From positions 1,321-65,320 of the forward strand of contig JAIROA010000033.1 in assembly GCA_031257775.1 (NCBI GenBank): a DNA stretch of 64,000 nucleotides, given 5' to 3'. Positions 8,943-19,132 of this stretch are shown piece after piece (positions within the stretch are counted from its first letter, which is position 1; each line of letters opens with the position of its first letter). Source of the DNA: Synergistaceae bacterium. Lineage in GTDB: Bacteria > Synergistota > Synergistia > Synergistales > Synergistaceae. A program made the translations under genes and the position numbers. Under the pieces are notes generated by a model. That model worked only from the letters and a program-made list of their open reading frames with translations, had not been told where the DNA came from and did not search any database.

Positions 8943-9578
8943 CTAAAGCACCCCCAATTTAGAGAGCAGCGTCTCAAGCGACCCTGGATCCGGTATCATG
9001 ATGAGCGTACCGCCAAGATCCTCATCCAAATCCTTTACATGGAGGTTCGTTTTGACGAGCATCGCGGAGTCGCCGATTACGCCAAACATCGACGCGACAA
9101 GATCCATTATCGAGCCCAGCATGTCCCTGGCCACTGCTGGCGCCGTTGTGGGAAGCACCCAGCCGGTTATCATCGAAAGAGCGTTCAGAAAAGCGCCCAG
9201 TATAATATTGCCCTGTTCAGCAAGGGCGCTGTTCCGTATCTGAAGCCGCGTCTCCTCATCCATCCCTGACAGATCCATGGGAATGATAAGGTTGGCAAGC
9301 ATGTCTGCCTTAAACTCCTCTATCATGAAAATCAGACTGCAGGAGAAGTTCTCTTCTGTGCGGACCAGCACTGCGCATACAGGGGTCTCGGGAGACCCGT
9401 AATGCGCTGAAACCTCATATATTGGAACAAGCTCAGCCACAGGGACGTCCATATCCACTATACGCTCCAAAAGACGGGAAAGCGCGGTAGCCGCGTTTCC
9501 GGTTCCGATATTTCCGATCTCCTTGATAGCGTCCATGTGAATACTTGTAAACTCAGAAGTAGGATCCATGGCACCCAA
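8943..9578 (-). CDS. cheC: CheY-P phosphatase CheC
   Basis: Has the CheC motif D-x3-E-x2-N in DAIKEIGNIGTGNAATALS, with a second pseudo-repeat later in the protein. Confidence 0.85.
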   Translation of the reverse strand: MGAMDPTSEFTSIHMDAIKEIGNIGTGNAATALSRLLERIVDMDVPVAELVPIYEVSAHYGSPETPVCAVLVRTEENFSCSLIFMIEEFKADMLANLIIPMDLSGMDEETRLQIRNSALAEQGNIILGAFLNALSMITGWVLPTTAPAVARDMLGSIMDLVASMFGVIGDSAMLVKTNLHVKDLDEDLGGTLIMIPDPGSLETLLSKLGVL

Positions 9579-9610
9579 CAGCCTTTCTTATTTGGTTTTG
9601 GAAACGGCTT

Positions 9611-11695
9611 CTATAGCGACGCCGCGTCTAAAATGAGCGCTACGTTGCCATCCCCGAGTATGGTCGCCCCGGCTATGCCCTTCACCTTGAGAAGGAGCTT
9701 GCCAAGAGGCTTGATGACTATTTCCTGCTGCCCTACGAAGGCGTCTACCAGAAAGCCTACTCGTGAGTGGTCGCGGCCTACTCTCACCACCACGACGGGA
9801 TTTTCCTCAACATCCGGCCTTTCGCCCGGCGTCCCGATGATCCCGGAGAGATCCGAGAGCGGCAGTATCTCGCCTCTGACCGTCGTCACCGGCGTGCCAT
9901 GAACGTATTTGATATCTTTTTTATGCACGAGGAGCGTCTCCTCGACGTTTTCCAGCGAAATGGCGTAGGTCTCGTCTCCAACCTTTATCAAAAGGGCAAG
10001 CACTATCGCCAGAGTCAAGGGAAGGCGTATGATGACCCTGGTTCCAGCGCCGAATTTCGAGTACATCATGAACTGCCCGCCGAGCGACTCGACCTTGTTT
10101 TTGACAGCGTCCGTCCCGACCCCGCGCCCTGAAATCTCAGTGATGCTGTCGTTCGTGCTGAAACCCGGCAGCATGACAAGCTGGACGGCTTCGTTCTCTG
10201 TCATCACGGCAGCCTGTTCGTTCGTAATCAGTCCGCGTTCCAGAGCCTTTTGCTTGACTTTTTCAGTGTTGACCCCCGCGCCATCGTCACGGACTTCGAT
10301 AATGACGCCGTTGCCCTCCTGATAAGCCGCTACCGTTATCGTTCCCTGGCGAGGCTTGCCAGACTGCTCCCTTTCGTCCGGGGATTCTATTCCGTGGTCG
10401 AGCGAGTTCCTGAGGATATGCACCATCGGGTCGCCTATCTCGTCTATGACGGTGCGGTCAAGCTCTGTTTCGGCGCCCTCGACCACGAGCTGGATATCCT
10501 TGCTCATCTGGCGCGAAAGATCCCTCACGAGTCTCGGAAGCCTGTCGAACACCATCGAAACCGGAACCATGCGCAGCTTCGTCACAAGTTCCTGTATATC
10601 GCCTGAAATTCTGCCCAGCTGCGACAGGGGCTCCTGAAACGCCTTGAGCCTGGATTCCTGCACGAGCCTCTCTATCCTCGCGCGCCCAATGACAAGCTCT
10701 CCGACAAGGTTCATCAGCTTATCGAGACGCCCTATATCAACCCTCACGGTCCGGCTTCCCACCTGATGCCCCTGCTGTTTATGCTCGGCGGCGGGCTTCG
10801 GGCTTTCCTTGGAAGGCTCATTCGAAGCGGCTGCCGCAGGCGGTTTCCCTGGTTCTTTTTGGGCCGGTTCGTCCGGCTCGGACGAGGCCTCAGGCATCTC
10901 GTCCGGAAGGGTGATTTCCGTCCCTACCACCTCCTCGACTTCGCCTACCTTTGCTATCTGGCCTGTGAACGTCTCAATGGGATTGCTCGACGCTACGTAA
11001 ATCGTAAACGTCTTATCGAACGCTTCCTTTTCGAGATCCTCGACGCTTGGCTCGGCCTTGATTATGTCACCGTTATCCCCGATGATCGTCACGACCATGA
11101 AAGCCCGCGCCGCGCGAAGCATGCAACTGTCATCAAGCGTGACCTTGAGCTCGTAGACCTGCATCCCGGCGTGCGTGGCGGATTTTATCCAGTCACGCTC
11201 CTGCTCCGAGAGGTTCAGGCCGCCATTGTCGGACGCCTCTTTGGAAACATCCGCATCCTGAGCGGCTATGGAAGCCGCTTTTTCCAGCGCTGGCTCCTCG
11301 CCGGGGTTATCCCTGCGCGCGTGCAGGATCTTGATAAGCTCATCGGACGGCACATCCTGGTCAGCCCCGCCGTTCCTGATGGAATCCACCATAGCAGTCA
11401 GCGTGTCCAGGCATTTGAACAGCACGTCGACGTCATCGGACGTCAAAAGCATCGTTCCGGATCTGACTAGCCCCAGCAGGTCTTCCATAGAGTGCGTAAG
11501 TGTCGCCATCGTCTGAAAGCCCATGGTAGCGGACATTCCCTTGAACGTGTGCGCCACCCTGAATATTTCATTGATTATGTCCATATCGCTCTGGTTCTGC
11601 TCAGCGGAGAGCAGAAGCTCGTTTAGGTGTGCCAGGTTATCTCCGGCCTCGTCTAAAAAGGCGCCCATATACTGGTTTAAATCCAAATCAGCCAT
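9611..11695 (-). CDS. cheA: chemotaxis histidine kinase CheA
   Basis: Hpt domain (AHTFKGMSATMGF), HATPase (DDGAGV, GRGVGTD) and a C-terminal CheW-like domain. Confidence 0.95.
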   Translation of the reverse strand: MADLDLNQYMGAFLDEAGDNLAHLNELLLSAEQNQSDMDIINEIFRVAHTFKGMSATMGFQTMATLTHSMEDLLGLVRSGTMLLTSDDVDVLFKCLDTLTAMVDSIRNGGADQDVPSDELIKILHARRDNPGEEPALEKAASIAAQDADVSKEASDNGGLNLSEQERDWIKSATHAGMQVYELKVTLDDSCMLRAARAFMVVTIIGDNGDIIKAEPSVEDLEKEAFDKTFTIYVASSNPIETFTGQIAKVGEVEEVVGTEITLPDEMPEASSEPDEPAQKEPGKPPAAAASNEPSKESPKPAAEHKQQGHQVGSRTVRVDIGRLDKLMNLVGELVIGRARIERLVQESRLKAFQEPLSQLGRISGDIQELVTKLRMVPVSMVFDRLPRLVRDLSRQMSKDIQLVVEGAETELDRTVIDEIGDPMVHILRNSLDHGIESPDEREQSGKPRQGTITVAAYQEGNGVIIEVRDDGAGVNTEKVKQKALERGLITNEQAAVMTENEAVQLVMLPGFSTNDSITEISGRGVGTDAVKNKVESLGGQFMMYSKFGAGTRVIIRLPLTLAIVLALLIKVGDETYAISLENVEETLLVHKKDIKYVHGTPVTTVRGEILPLSDLSGIIGTPGERPDVEENPVVVVRVGRDHSRVGFLVDAFVGQQEIVIKPLGKLLLKVKGIAGATILGDGNVALILDAASL

Positions 11696-11765
11696 TTTTC
11701 CTACCTCCTTGTCCTAGCATATCTATATTCAACGAAAAGAGGATTTCTAATGTAAGGTACGGAAG

Positions 11766-12854
11766 TTAATTTTTAATTACGCGCTCCAGGCCGGACGCTA
11801 TAGAGTAAAGCGGCAAAACCTCATCCGCGAGGCCAGCCTCGACTATCGCGCCGGGCATTCCGAATATCACGCATGTCTCTTTCGATTCCGCTATCACATA
11901 AGCGCCCTTTGCGCGAAGAAGCCGCGTCCCGTCAAGGCCGTCCTTGCCCATTCCGGTCAGCACCACAGCAATGGCAGGCCCTACGAGCACATCGGCGGCG
12001 CTCGCGAAAAGGACGTCCGCCGCCGGACGGACGCTGCGCACCGGAGGAGTTTCAGCCAGCCGGCAGACAAAATCAGCGCCCTTCCGGCCAAGCATCAGAT
12101 GATGCCCGCCCGGAGCTATCACCGCGACGCCCTTTCTCACCGGCATCCCGTCACAGCCTTCCAGCACCGTTAGCTGGCTGCGCTCGTTGAGCCTGAGAGC
12201 GAAGGAGGAAGTAAAGCCCGGAGGCATGTGCTGAACGACCATCACAGGAATGGGAAAATCCTTCGGCAGCGCGGGCAGAAGTTCCTGCAGAGCGTTCGGC
12301 CCCCCGGTCGAAGCCGCTATCAGGAGCATCTCCGGCCTGCGCGGTGGCTCTCGACGCGGAACGTTTGGCATCGGCGCTCTTGACTGACCCTGCAGCGCGC
12401 TGTAGCTTTTTGCGACAAGCCTGTGAGTCAGCGCATTTTGAACGGATGCCCGGCTTGCGGCTAAAACCTTCTGCAGCAGTTCCCCTCCGACTTTTTCCAT
12501 ATCAAGCGAGATCGTGCCGGAAGGCTTCGTAACGAAATCCACCGCGCCGGCATCCAGAGCCCGCATAGTGGCATCGGCCCCATCTTTTGTGAGGCTGCTG
12601 ACCATTACGACCGGAACCGGCTTTACAGCCATTATCTCAGGCAATATTTCAAGCCCGTTTTTGCCGGGCATCTCAATATCGAGCGTTATGACGTCCGGGG
12701 ACGACTCCTTCAGATGCTGCAACGCCTCGTTCCCGTTCTTAGCCTTTGCGACGACCTCTATCGCGGGATCCGCAGATAATATATCGCCGATTACCTTACG
12801 CATAAACGCGGAATCATCCACTATCATCACGCGTATTTTCTTATTATTAATCAT
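11766..12854 (-). CDS. cheB: protein-glutamate methylesterase/deamidase CheB
   Basis: N-terminal receiver (IRVMIVDDS ... DVITLDIEMPGKNG) plus a methylesterase domain (AASTGGP, GMGKDG). Confidence 0.95.
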   Translation of the reverse strand: MINNKKIRVMIVDDSAFMRKVIGDILSADPAIEVVAKAKNGNEALQHLKESSPDVITLDIEMPGKNGLEILPEIMAVKPVPVVMVSSLTKDGADATMRALDAGAVDFVTKPSGTISLDMEKVGGELLQKVLAASRASVQNALTHRLVAKSYSALQGQSRAPMPNVPRREPPRRPEMLLIAASTGGPNALQELLPALPKDFPIPVMVVQHMPPGFTSSFALRLNERSQLTVLEGCDGMPVRKGVAVIAPGGHHLMLGRKGADFVCRLAETPPVRSVRPAADVLFASAADVLVGPAIAVVLTGMGKDGLDGTRLLRAKGAYVIAESKETCVIFGMPGAIVEAGLADEVLPLYSIASGLERVIKN

Positions 12855-12859
12855 CTCAG

Positions 12860-13549
12860 CTACTCCCGAAACATGATTTCTTGCTGCCTTATGTATTCGA
12901 ATAGTTTTTTTTCGGTGCTCGCCGGGAGCGCGTCAAAACCGACACCTATCTCCAAAATATCCTTCTTGTTTACGATCCTTGTGACTCTGCCTACTTGCAG
13001 TTGCTCCACCGATGCGAGATCGAAGCGCACGAATATCCTGTCTCCCAGCTCAAAATTGATTTCGCTGACAAGATTCCTATTTATCACGAACCTATAGCCG
13101 CCAAGGCTGATATCGATAGCTTTTGCGGGAAGCCAGGAAGTGGACATCGGGCTTTTCATCTCGCTCTCAAGATGAAAGATCATTATGTTCCATAAACACG
13201 AAATTCTGAGGAATTGCCTGCGCTGAACTCTTTTAGGGAAACCATTGATATTTGCCCATAAAATCGGAGGGCCGGACTGAGTCTCCACCTTACGGACCGA
13301 CATGTCAAACACGTAAAGGGCACCCCCGTCTTCGAACGTGAAAGTGAAGTTCATTTCGCGGTAGGCGGGAAGAAGAGCGCCTTTCATGAGCGGGTGAGCA
13401 AGTGCCACCGAGTCAGGCTTTATGTCCTCCACCTGAGAAGGGTAATGACCTTTATAAATGCCAGCGTTTATTGCTATTTCGCCCTTTTTGCCCGGTTGTA
13501 ACTTCGAAGAGTAATCAAGAGCTGGCGTTATCATTTCGTCTTTCGGCAC
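12860..13549 (-). CDS. PilZ-domain flagellar brake/clutch-like protein (YcgR/MotI type)
   Basis: c-di-GMP binding motifs RxxxR (RRQFLR) and D-x-S-x-x-G (DISLGG). Located between flhG and cheB. Confidence 0.8.
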   Translation of the reverse strand: MPKDEMITPALDYSSKLQPGKKGEIAINAGIYKGHYPSQVEDIKPDSVALAHPLMKGALLPAYREMNFTFTFEDGGALYVFDMSVRKVETQSGPPILWANINGFPKRVQRRQFLRISCLWNIMIFHLESEMKSPMSTSWLPAKAIDISLGGYRFVINRNLVSEINFELGDRIFVRFDLASVEQLQVGRVTRIVNKKDILEIGVGFDALPASTEKKLFEYIRQQEIMFRE

Positions 13550-13550
13550 G

Positions 13551-14480
13551 TCAATCCCCCCTCTTTGCCATCTGGCTTGACAGACGCCTTAAAAAGGACT
13601 CCTCGCCGATATTCCGCGCTGCCCCCTCTGCTTCCTGCCTCGGCTCAAGGATTTTGCCGGCAAGCAATTTAAAGCATGGAACCGAAACTGTGTTCAAGCC
13701 GGCCAAAAGCAACGGCTTTCTTCTTCGCACGGAATCTCTTATCGCCGCGTCCCACAATATGCAGCCCAGATACGGCACCTCGCACCCAAGAAACTGATTG
13801 GCGGCGGACAGGATCCTGTCGGCAACCATTTCAGCCTCGTTTGCGTCTGAGGCCATATTTACGACGAGCCCGACACTCACATTCCCTCCGGTCGATTGCC
13901 AGAGGGACTTGAGAACGCTATACGAATCCCTTATGGCCGTCGGTTCCGGCGTCGTAAGGAGTATGGACAGATCGGACGCCGTCGCGAACGCAAGCACGTT
14001 TTTATGCAGCCCCGCGCTCGTGTCCAGAAGCAGAACGTCTGTCTCGTTCTCCAGGAAAGAAAGCCTGTCTATCATCCAAGCCTGCCTCTGATCGTCGATG
14101 TCCGCCAGCTCCCTGAGACCCGCGCCGCCAGGGATGATCGTCAGCCTCTCCCCGACCTGGAAGAGTATGTCAGATAGCTCCTTCTCTCCCCTCAGAACAT
14201 GCCCGAGGTTGAATTTCGGCACGACGCCAAAGAGTATGTCTATATTCGCGAGCCCGAGATCCGCGTCTAGCAGCATCACCTTCATGCCCTGATCAGCAAG
14301 CGCAAGAGCCAGATTCACCGCGAGATTGCTCTTCCCGACGCCGCCTTTCCCGCTAAGGATCGACACAGATCTCATGCCCGTTATCTTGCTTCTCGATACC
14401 GAATCCTTCTTTTCAAGCACAAACTCCCTGAGCCGCGTAGCCTGATCATGAGCGGGAGGCGGCATAATGACCGGGTTCAT
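13551..14480 (-). CDS. flhG: MinD/ParA-type ATPase FlhG (YlxH)
   Basis: Deviant Walker A SGKGGVGKS. Position directly after flhF. Confidence 0.85.
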   Translation of the reverse strand: MNPVIMPPPAHDQATRLREFVLEKKDSVSRSKITGMRSVSILSGKGGVGKSNLAVNLALALADQGMKVMLLDADLGLANIDILFGVVPKFNLGHVLRGEKELSDILFQVGERLTIIPGGAGLRELADIDDQRQAWMIDRLSFLENETDVLLLDTSAGLHKNVLAFATASDLSILLTTPEPTAIRDSYSVLKSLWQSTGGNVSVGLVVNMASDANEAEMVADRILSAANQFLGCEVPYLGCILWDAAIRDSVRRRKPLLLAGLNTVSVPCFKLLAGKILEPRQEAEGAARNIGEESFLRRLSSQMAKRGD

Positions 14481-15772
14481 CTTTCAGGCTTTCTTAACGT
14501 CTGTCCGTTGCTGAATAAAAGTTCCACAAATTTATCGCCTCGCGCTATCTCGATGTCGTTAGGGACATTTTGCCCGATGGTGAAAAACGACAGCGGCAGA
14601 TCGAAATCGTGCAGCACGTTTAAGATTGTACCATAACTGGCGGTCTCATCGAGCTTCGTAAACAAAAGAGCTGACAGGGGGACGACGCCCATGCGTTCTA
14701 TCACGTTCAGCATATCGCGATATTTGATGTTAGCCGCCATGACGAGATGAACCGAATCCGGCATATACGCGTCATACAGAGCGCGAAGCTCATCAATTCT
14801 CGTTCCGTCATAATGGCTGCGTCCTGCGGTATCAAGAAGAATAAGGTCGGCATTCTTGTGTTTTTTTATCGCGTGCTGGGTTTCCTTCGAATTAGCGGCG
14901 ATTTCTATGGGGATCCCCAGGATTTTCGCATAGGTGCGTAGCTGCTCCACGGCCGCGATCCTGTAGGTATCAGACGTCATCAGCACGACTTTTTTGTCGC
15001 CCCATAACGACTGAATGGCCGCTATCTTCGCTATCGTAGTGGTCTTGCCGACGCCTGTCGGGCCCGCGAACAGAACTCTCCGTCCCCCCAGCGCCGCAAA
15101 TCCGTCCGACCCCATTATCGGTATTCTTCCGGAAAGCCAGTCCCGGAAATCAAGCGTCACTCCCGAGGCGCGGAATGTTTCCGATATGTCGAGCGCTATT
15201 TTTTTGTCAACGTCCGCGTCTATCATGATCTGCGAATATTCATCTGTCACGTGCCCAGCGGAGGTTTCTTCCGCGCCGCTAAGGCGCTCAAGGACATTGG
15301 CGAGTATGGACTTGATCTCGTCCACGTCCTTTGACGCTGACACTGCCTCAGCGGCCTTTGCCGGTGATGCGGCTTTATGCGCGGACTGCATCTCGTAAGC
15401 CTGCGTTGCCACAGCAACGGGGACAGTTGCCACAGCGGGGGATGAAAAGGCCGTAGTAACCATTGGCTCGGCGACGGCCACGCCTGCGCCATGCGCGCCA
15501 TTCGTCACGCCGCTTACTGCCCTTCGCACGTCAAGCAGATGCTGAAAGGCGACCATGCGCTCTTTCGATTCGCGGAGAAGATCTTCATGATCCGGAACTA
15601 AAATTCCGGCTGTAACCCAAAGCGCGTCCCTCTTGAAGAGACCGAAAACCCCTCCGAGCTTGACGGGGCGCGAGGAAAGTATTACCGCTTCCCTCCCAAG
15701 GCGGTCCCTGGCAACCTGAATCGCTTCGGCATCGCTCTTCGCCTCATACTCGATTTGCTGCTCAACCTTCAA
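14477..15772 (-). CDS. flhF: flagellar biosynthesis SRP-type GTPase FlhF
   Basis: NG domain with GPTGVGKTTT, DTAGR and TKLDET. Confidence 0.9.
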   Translation of the reverse strand: MKVEQQIEYEAKSDAEAIQVARDRLGREAVILSSRPVKLGGVFGLFKRDALWVTAGILVPDHEDLLRESKERMVAFQHLLDVRRAVSGVTNGAHGAGVAVAEPMVTTAFSSPAVATVPVAVATQAYEMQSAHKAASPAKAAEAVSASKDVDEIKSILANVLERLSGAEETSAGHVTDEYSQIMIDADVDKKIALDISETFRASGVTLDFRDWLSGRIPIMGSDGFAALGGRRVLFAGPTGVGKTTTIAKIAAIQSLWGDKKVVLMTSDTYRIAAVEQLRTYAKILGIPIEIAANSKETQHAIKKHKNADLILLDTAGRSHYDGTRIDELRALYDAYMPDSVHLVMAANIKYRDMLNVIERMGVVPLSALLFTKLDETASYGTILNVLHDFDLPLSFFTIGQNVPNDIEIARGDKFVELLFSNGQTLRKPER

Positions 15773-17896
15773 TTATTCCACCGTCCCCAAAGATTTTAAT
15801 TGCGCGCCCGATGCAATTTCATTATAGGATATGACGTAAAGTTGCGGTAGGTTCCCCTCCAAAATTTTTCTAACTATAAAGCGCAAGTCCGGATGCACGA
15901 GCAAAATGGGCGTAATCCCAGCCATTGCCATCTGTTCGGCCGCAGCGGCTGCCGATTTTATGACCTGCTGAATGCCCTCCGGCGAAAGCCCGAGCTGCCA
16001 GCCTTGATTAAGATCACCGGAGACTGACTCTTTTATCTTTTGCTCAAGGCGCGGCGACATGGCAAAGACTGAAATCACTCCGGACTCATCCTGAAGCCGG
16101 ATTGTTATCACCCGCGAAAGGGCTTCCCTCACGCGTTCAGTCAGATAGTCGACGCCCTTTGCAAAGCGCCCGAAATCAGACAGCGTCTCGAAAATAGACA
16201 CGAGGTCTCGGATAGGCACCTGCTCTTTCGCGAGGTTTTGCAGAACTTTCTGGACATCGCCGAGTCCCAGGACGGACGTAAGCTCCCCGGCCACGGCAGG
16301 GTTGTTTTCGTTCACGAGATCGACGAGTTTCTGGACTTCCTGCCTTGTCAAAAGATCAGCGCCGTAACGCTTTATCACTTCGGAAAGATGCGTCGCCAGA
16401 ACGGACGGGCAGTCGACAACGGTGTATCCCATAGCCTCGGCTTGGTCGCGGACCTCCGGCGATATCCATACCGCCGGGAGGCCAAATGACGGCTCTTTAG
16501 TCGGTATGCCGACTAAAGTGTCGTCGCCCTGATCCACGCTCATGCTGAGATAATGATCCGGCAGAAGCTCGCCCCTGCCCACCTCAGCGCCCTTCACCCG
16601 TATCACGTACTCCGTCGGCTTGAGCTGAATGTTGTCGCGTATCCTGATAGGCGGCACGACCAGACCTAGATCCATCGCCATCTGGCGGCGGATCGTACCG
16701 ATCCTGTCCAGCATATCGCCGCCCTGTCCCGGATCCACCATTGAGATCAATGCGTACCCTATCTCGACCTCCATCGGATCGACGGTCAGAAGCGGCAAGA
16801 CGTTTTCCGGGCTCCCAGGGGCTGAGGTGCCTGTCCCTGTCACGGTAGTTCCGCTCGCGTTCTGCTGCGTAACGGCGCCGCCCTTAGCGCGCTTTTTGTC
16901 CAGCTCGGCAAGCTGCGTCTCGCACTCTCGGTAAACGCTGCGAGCCAGAAACGCCATCAGGAAGCCAAGTATGCCAAACGGAACCGTGGGGAGGCCCGGA
17001 ATCAAAGCAAAGGCAAAAAGCAGCCCGGCGCCGATGTAAAGCGGCCTGTGGTTGCCCGTGAGCGATGAGATTATATCGACTCCCAGGTTGCCCTCGCCTG
17101 CCGACCTTGTGACTATGATGCCGGTGGCCGTCGAAAAGAGCAAAGCCGGGATCTGCGAGACTAGACCGTCCCCAACCGTGAGAAGGCTGTAAGTCTGGAG
17201 CGCCGTCCAGACATCCATATTTTTCTGCAGCATGCCGATAGCGAGGCCACCGATGATATTGATGATCGTTATGATGAGCCCTGCCACAGCATCCCCCTTG
17301 ACGAACTTAGAAGCTCCGTCCATCGCGCCGTAAAAGTCAGCCTCGCGCTGTATATCCCGCCTTCTCTTGCGGGCTTCCGCCTCGTCGATCATACCCGCGT
17401 TCAGATCAGCGTCTATAGCCATCTGCTTGCCTGGCATAGCGTCCAGGGTGAACCTGGCCGCGACCTCCGCGACGCGCTCCGCGCCCCTGGTTATGACCAT
17501 GAACTGAATGACGACAAGGATGAGGAATATTACGGCACCGACCACGTAATTTCCCCCGACCACGAAATACCCGAACGCCTGGATGACCTCTCCTCCAAAG
17601 GCATTGAGCAGGATCTGCCTCGTAGTGGAGATATTCAGGGAAAGACGGAAAAGCGTAGCGATGAGGATGATTGTCGGGAAAGCGGCTATCTCCAGCGCGC
17701 TCGTCACGTAAAAAGTCGCAAGCAGCACCACAACCCCGAACGTCACGTTCAGCGCCAGCAGAAAATCGAGCAGCTGGGTAGGCACCGGGATGATCATCAT
17801 GACGACGATCATCACCAGCATGACCGCAAGGCCTACGTCAGCGTGTCTTGTTATAAAATTGCCTTCAACAGAAACTGCGTTATCCGCCATAATCAA
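15773..17896 (-). CDS. flhA: flagellar type III export gate protein FlhA
   Basis: 707 aa with multi-TM N-terminus. FHIPEP-type motifs (GDGLVSQIPALL) and a large cytoplasmic C-domain. Confidence 0.95.
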   Translation of the reverse strand: MIMADNAVSVEGNFITRHADVGLAVMLVMIVVMMIIPVPTQLLDFLLALNVTFGVVVLLATFYVTSALEIAAFPTIILIATLFRLSLNISTTRQILLNAFGGEVIQAFGYFVVGGNYVVGAVIFLILVVIQFMVITRGAERVAEVAARFTLDAMPGKQMAIDADLNAGMIDEAEARKRRRDIQREADFYGAMDGASKFVKGDAVAGLIITIINIIGGLAIGMLQKNMDVWTALQTYSLLTVGDGLVSQIPALLFSTATGIIVTRSAGEGNLGVDIISSLTGNHRPLYIGAGLLFAFALIPGLPTVPFGILGFLMAFLARSVYRECETQLAELDKKRAKGGAVTQQNASGTTVTGTGTSAPGSPENVLPLLTVDPMEVEIGYALISMVDPGQGGDMLDRIGTIRRQMAMDLGLVVPPIRIRDNIQLKPTEYVIRVKGAEVGRGELLPDHYLSMSVDQGDDTLVGIPTKEPSFGLPAVWISPEVRDQAEAMGYTVVDCPSVLATHLSEVIKRYGADLLTRQEVQKLVDLVNENNPAVAGELTSVLGLGDVQKVLQNLAKEQVPIRDLVSIFETLSDFGRFAKGVDYLTERVREALSRVITIRLQDESGVISVFAMSPRLEQKIKESVSGDLNQGWQLGLSPEGIQQVIKSAAAAAEQMAMAGITPILLVHPDLRFIVRKILEGNLPQLYVISYNEIASGAQLKSLGTVE

Positions 17897-17971
17897 CTCT
17901 CCGAAATAGCAAAATTCAACTAAAACAATTATAACTTTTTGTATTATACGTCATATCCGCAGTTAATGCGA

Positions 17972-19132
17972 TCATTGCCGTACGTCAGAGGGGCCGTGAG
18001 CGCCAAAAGCGCTTTTCGGTGCCCTGCCTTCCTTGAGACGGTAGATAAACGCCAGCACCTCCGCCACTGATCTGTAGAGATCCTGCGGGACAGTCTCTCC
18101 GACCTCGACCTGTGCCATCAGGGCTCTTGCCAATGGCTTATTTTCGATCACGGGGATTTTGTTTTCCTCTGCCAAATCGCGTATCCTCCTCGCTATGAGC
18201 CCATGGCCTTTGGCGACGACTACAGGCGCGATCATGCTCTTTGAGTCGTACTGTATGGCAACTGCCACATGAGTTGGGTTCGTCACGACGACATCCGCTT
18301 TAGGGACGTCGGACATCATGCGCCCTCTCGCCAGTTCCCTCTGTTTCTGCCTTATGCGCCGTTTTACCGTCGGATCCCCTTCCATCTGCTTATATTCATC
18401 TTTAATCTCCTGTTTGCTCATCCGTATGGACTTTTCGAATGACCACTTCTGGTACGCGTGGTCAATAAGCCCTATGAGAAGAAGAAAGAGCGACATCCTG
18501 AGCGCGAGCCACCAGATTTTTTCCATGACCATGACGGCACCCTGCATGAGCGAGAAATTCATCACGCCCAGGAAAAAATCCCTCTCGTCCCTGATCGCGG
18601 CATAAAGCACCCACAAGAGGACGAGCGCCTTTAAAAAACCCTTCCCGAGTTCAACGAGAGACCTTGCCGAGATGATTTTTTTGAGCCCGGACACCGGGTT
18701 GAACCTGTCGAACTTGGGCACGAAGGGCTTGGTTGTGATTTTGAAGCCGACCTGGCGCACCAGAACGGCCACAGCCGCAAACGCGCAGAGCAGGCCGATA
18801 GGTAACCACCCGTAAAAATATGTCCTCATGGCCGATTCCACAGGAAGGATCCACCAGTCATCCCCCGCCATTTTATCGGACGCCAGATGCGAGAAAACGC
18901 TCCTCAGCATCGAAATCAGCACACCATGAAGATGAACCACCAGCAGATAGAGGCTCAAAAGCCCTGAAATAATGACAGAAGCGGCCGTTAAGTCTTGGCT
19001 TTTGGCCATCTGCCCGTCATCACGGGCCTTTTCGCGTCTTTTGGGCGTGGCCGGCTCTGTGCGCTCGCCGGCGAAAAACTGCACGTCGAACGCCCGGACG
19101 CGCCCGAGCGACAGTGCCTTTATCATGCTCAT
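17972..19132 (-). CDS. flhB: flagellar export switch protein FlhB
   Basis: NPTH autocleavage motif (VVVTNPTHVAVAIQY). N-terminal FAGERTEPATPKRREKARDDGQ. Confidence 0.95.
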   Translation of the reverse strand: MSMIKALSLGRVRAFDVQFFAGERTEPATPKRREKARDDGQMAKSQDLTAASVIISGLLSLYLLVVHLHGVLISMLRSVFSHLASDKMAGDDWWILPVESAMRTYFYGWLPIGLLCAFAAVAVLVRQVGFKITTKPFVPKFDRFNPVSGLKKIISARSLVELGKGFLKALVLLWVLYAAIRDERDFFLGVMNFSLMQGAVMVMEKIWWLALRMSLFLLLIGLIDHAYQKWSFEKSIRMSKQEIKDEYKQMEGDPTVKRRIRQKQRELARGRMMSDVPKADVVVTNPTHVAVAIQYDSKSMIAPVVVAKGHGLIARRIRDLAEENKIPVIENKPLARALMAQVEVGETVPQDLYRSVAEVLAFIYRLKEGRAPKSAFGAHGPSDVRQ

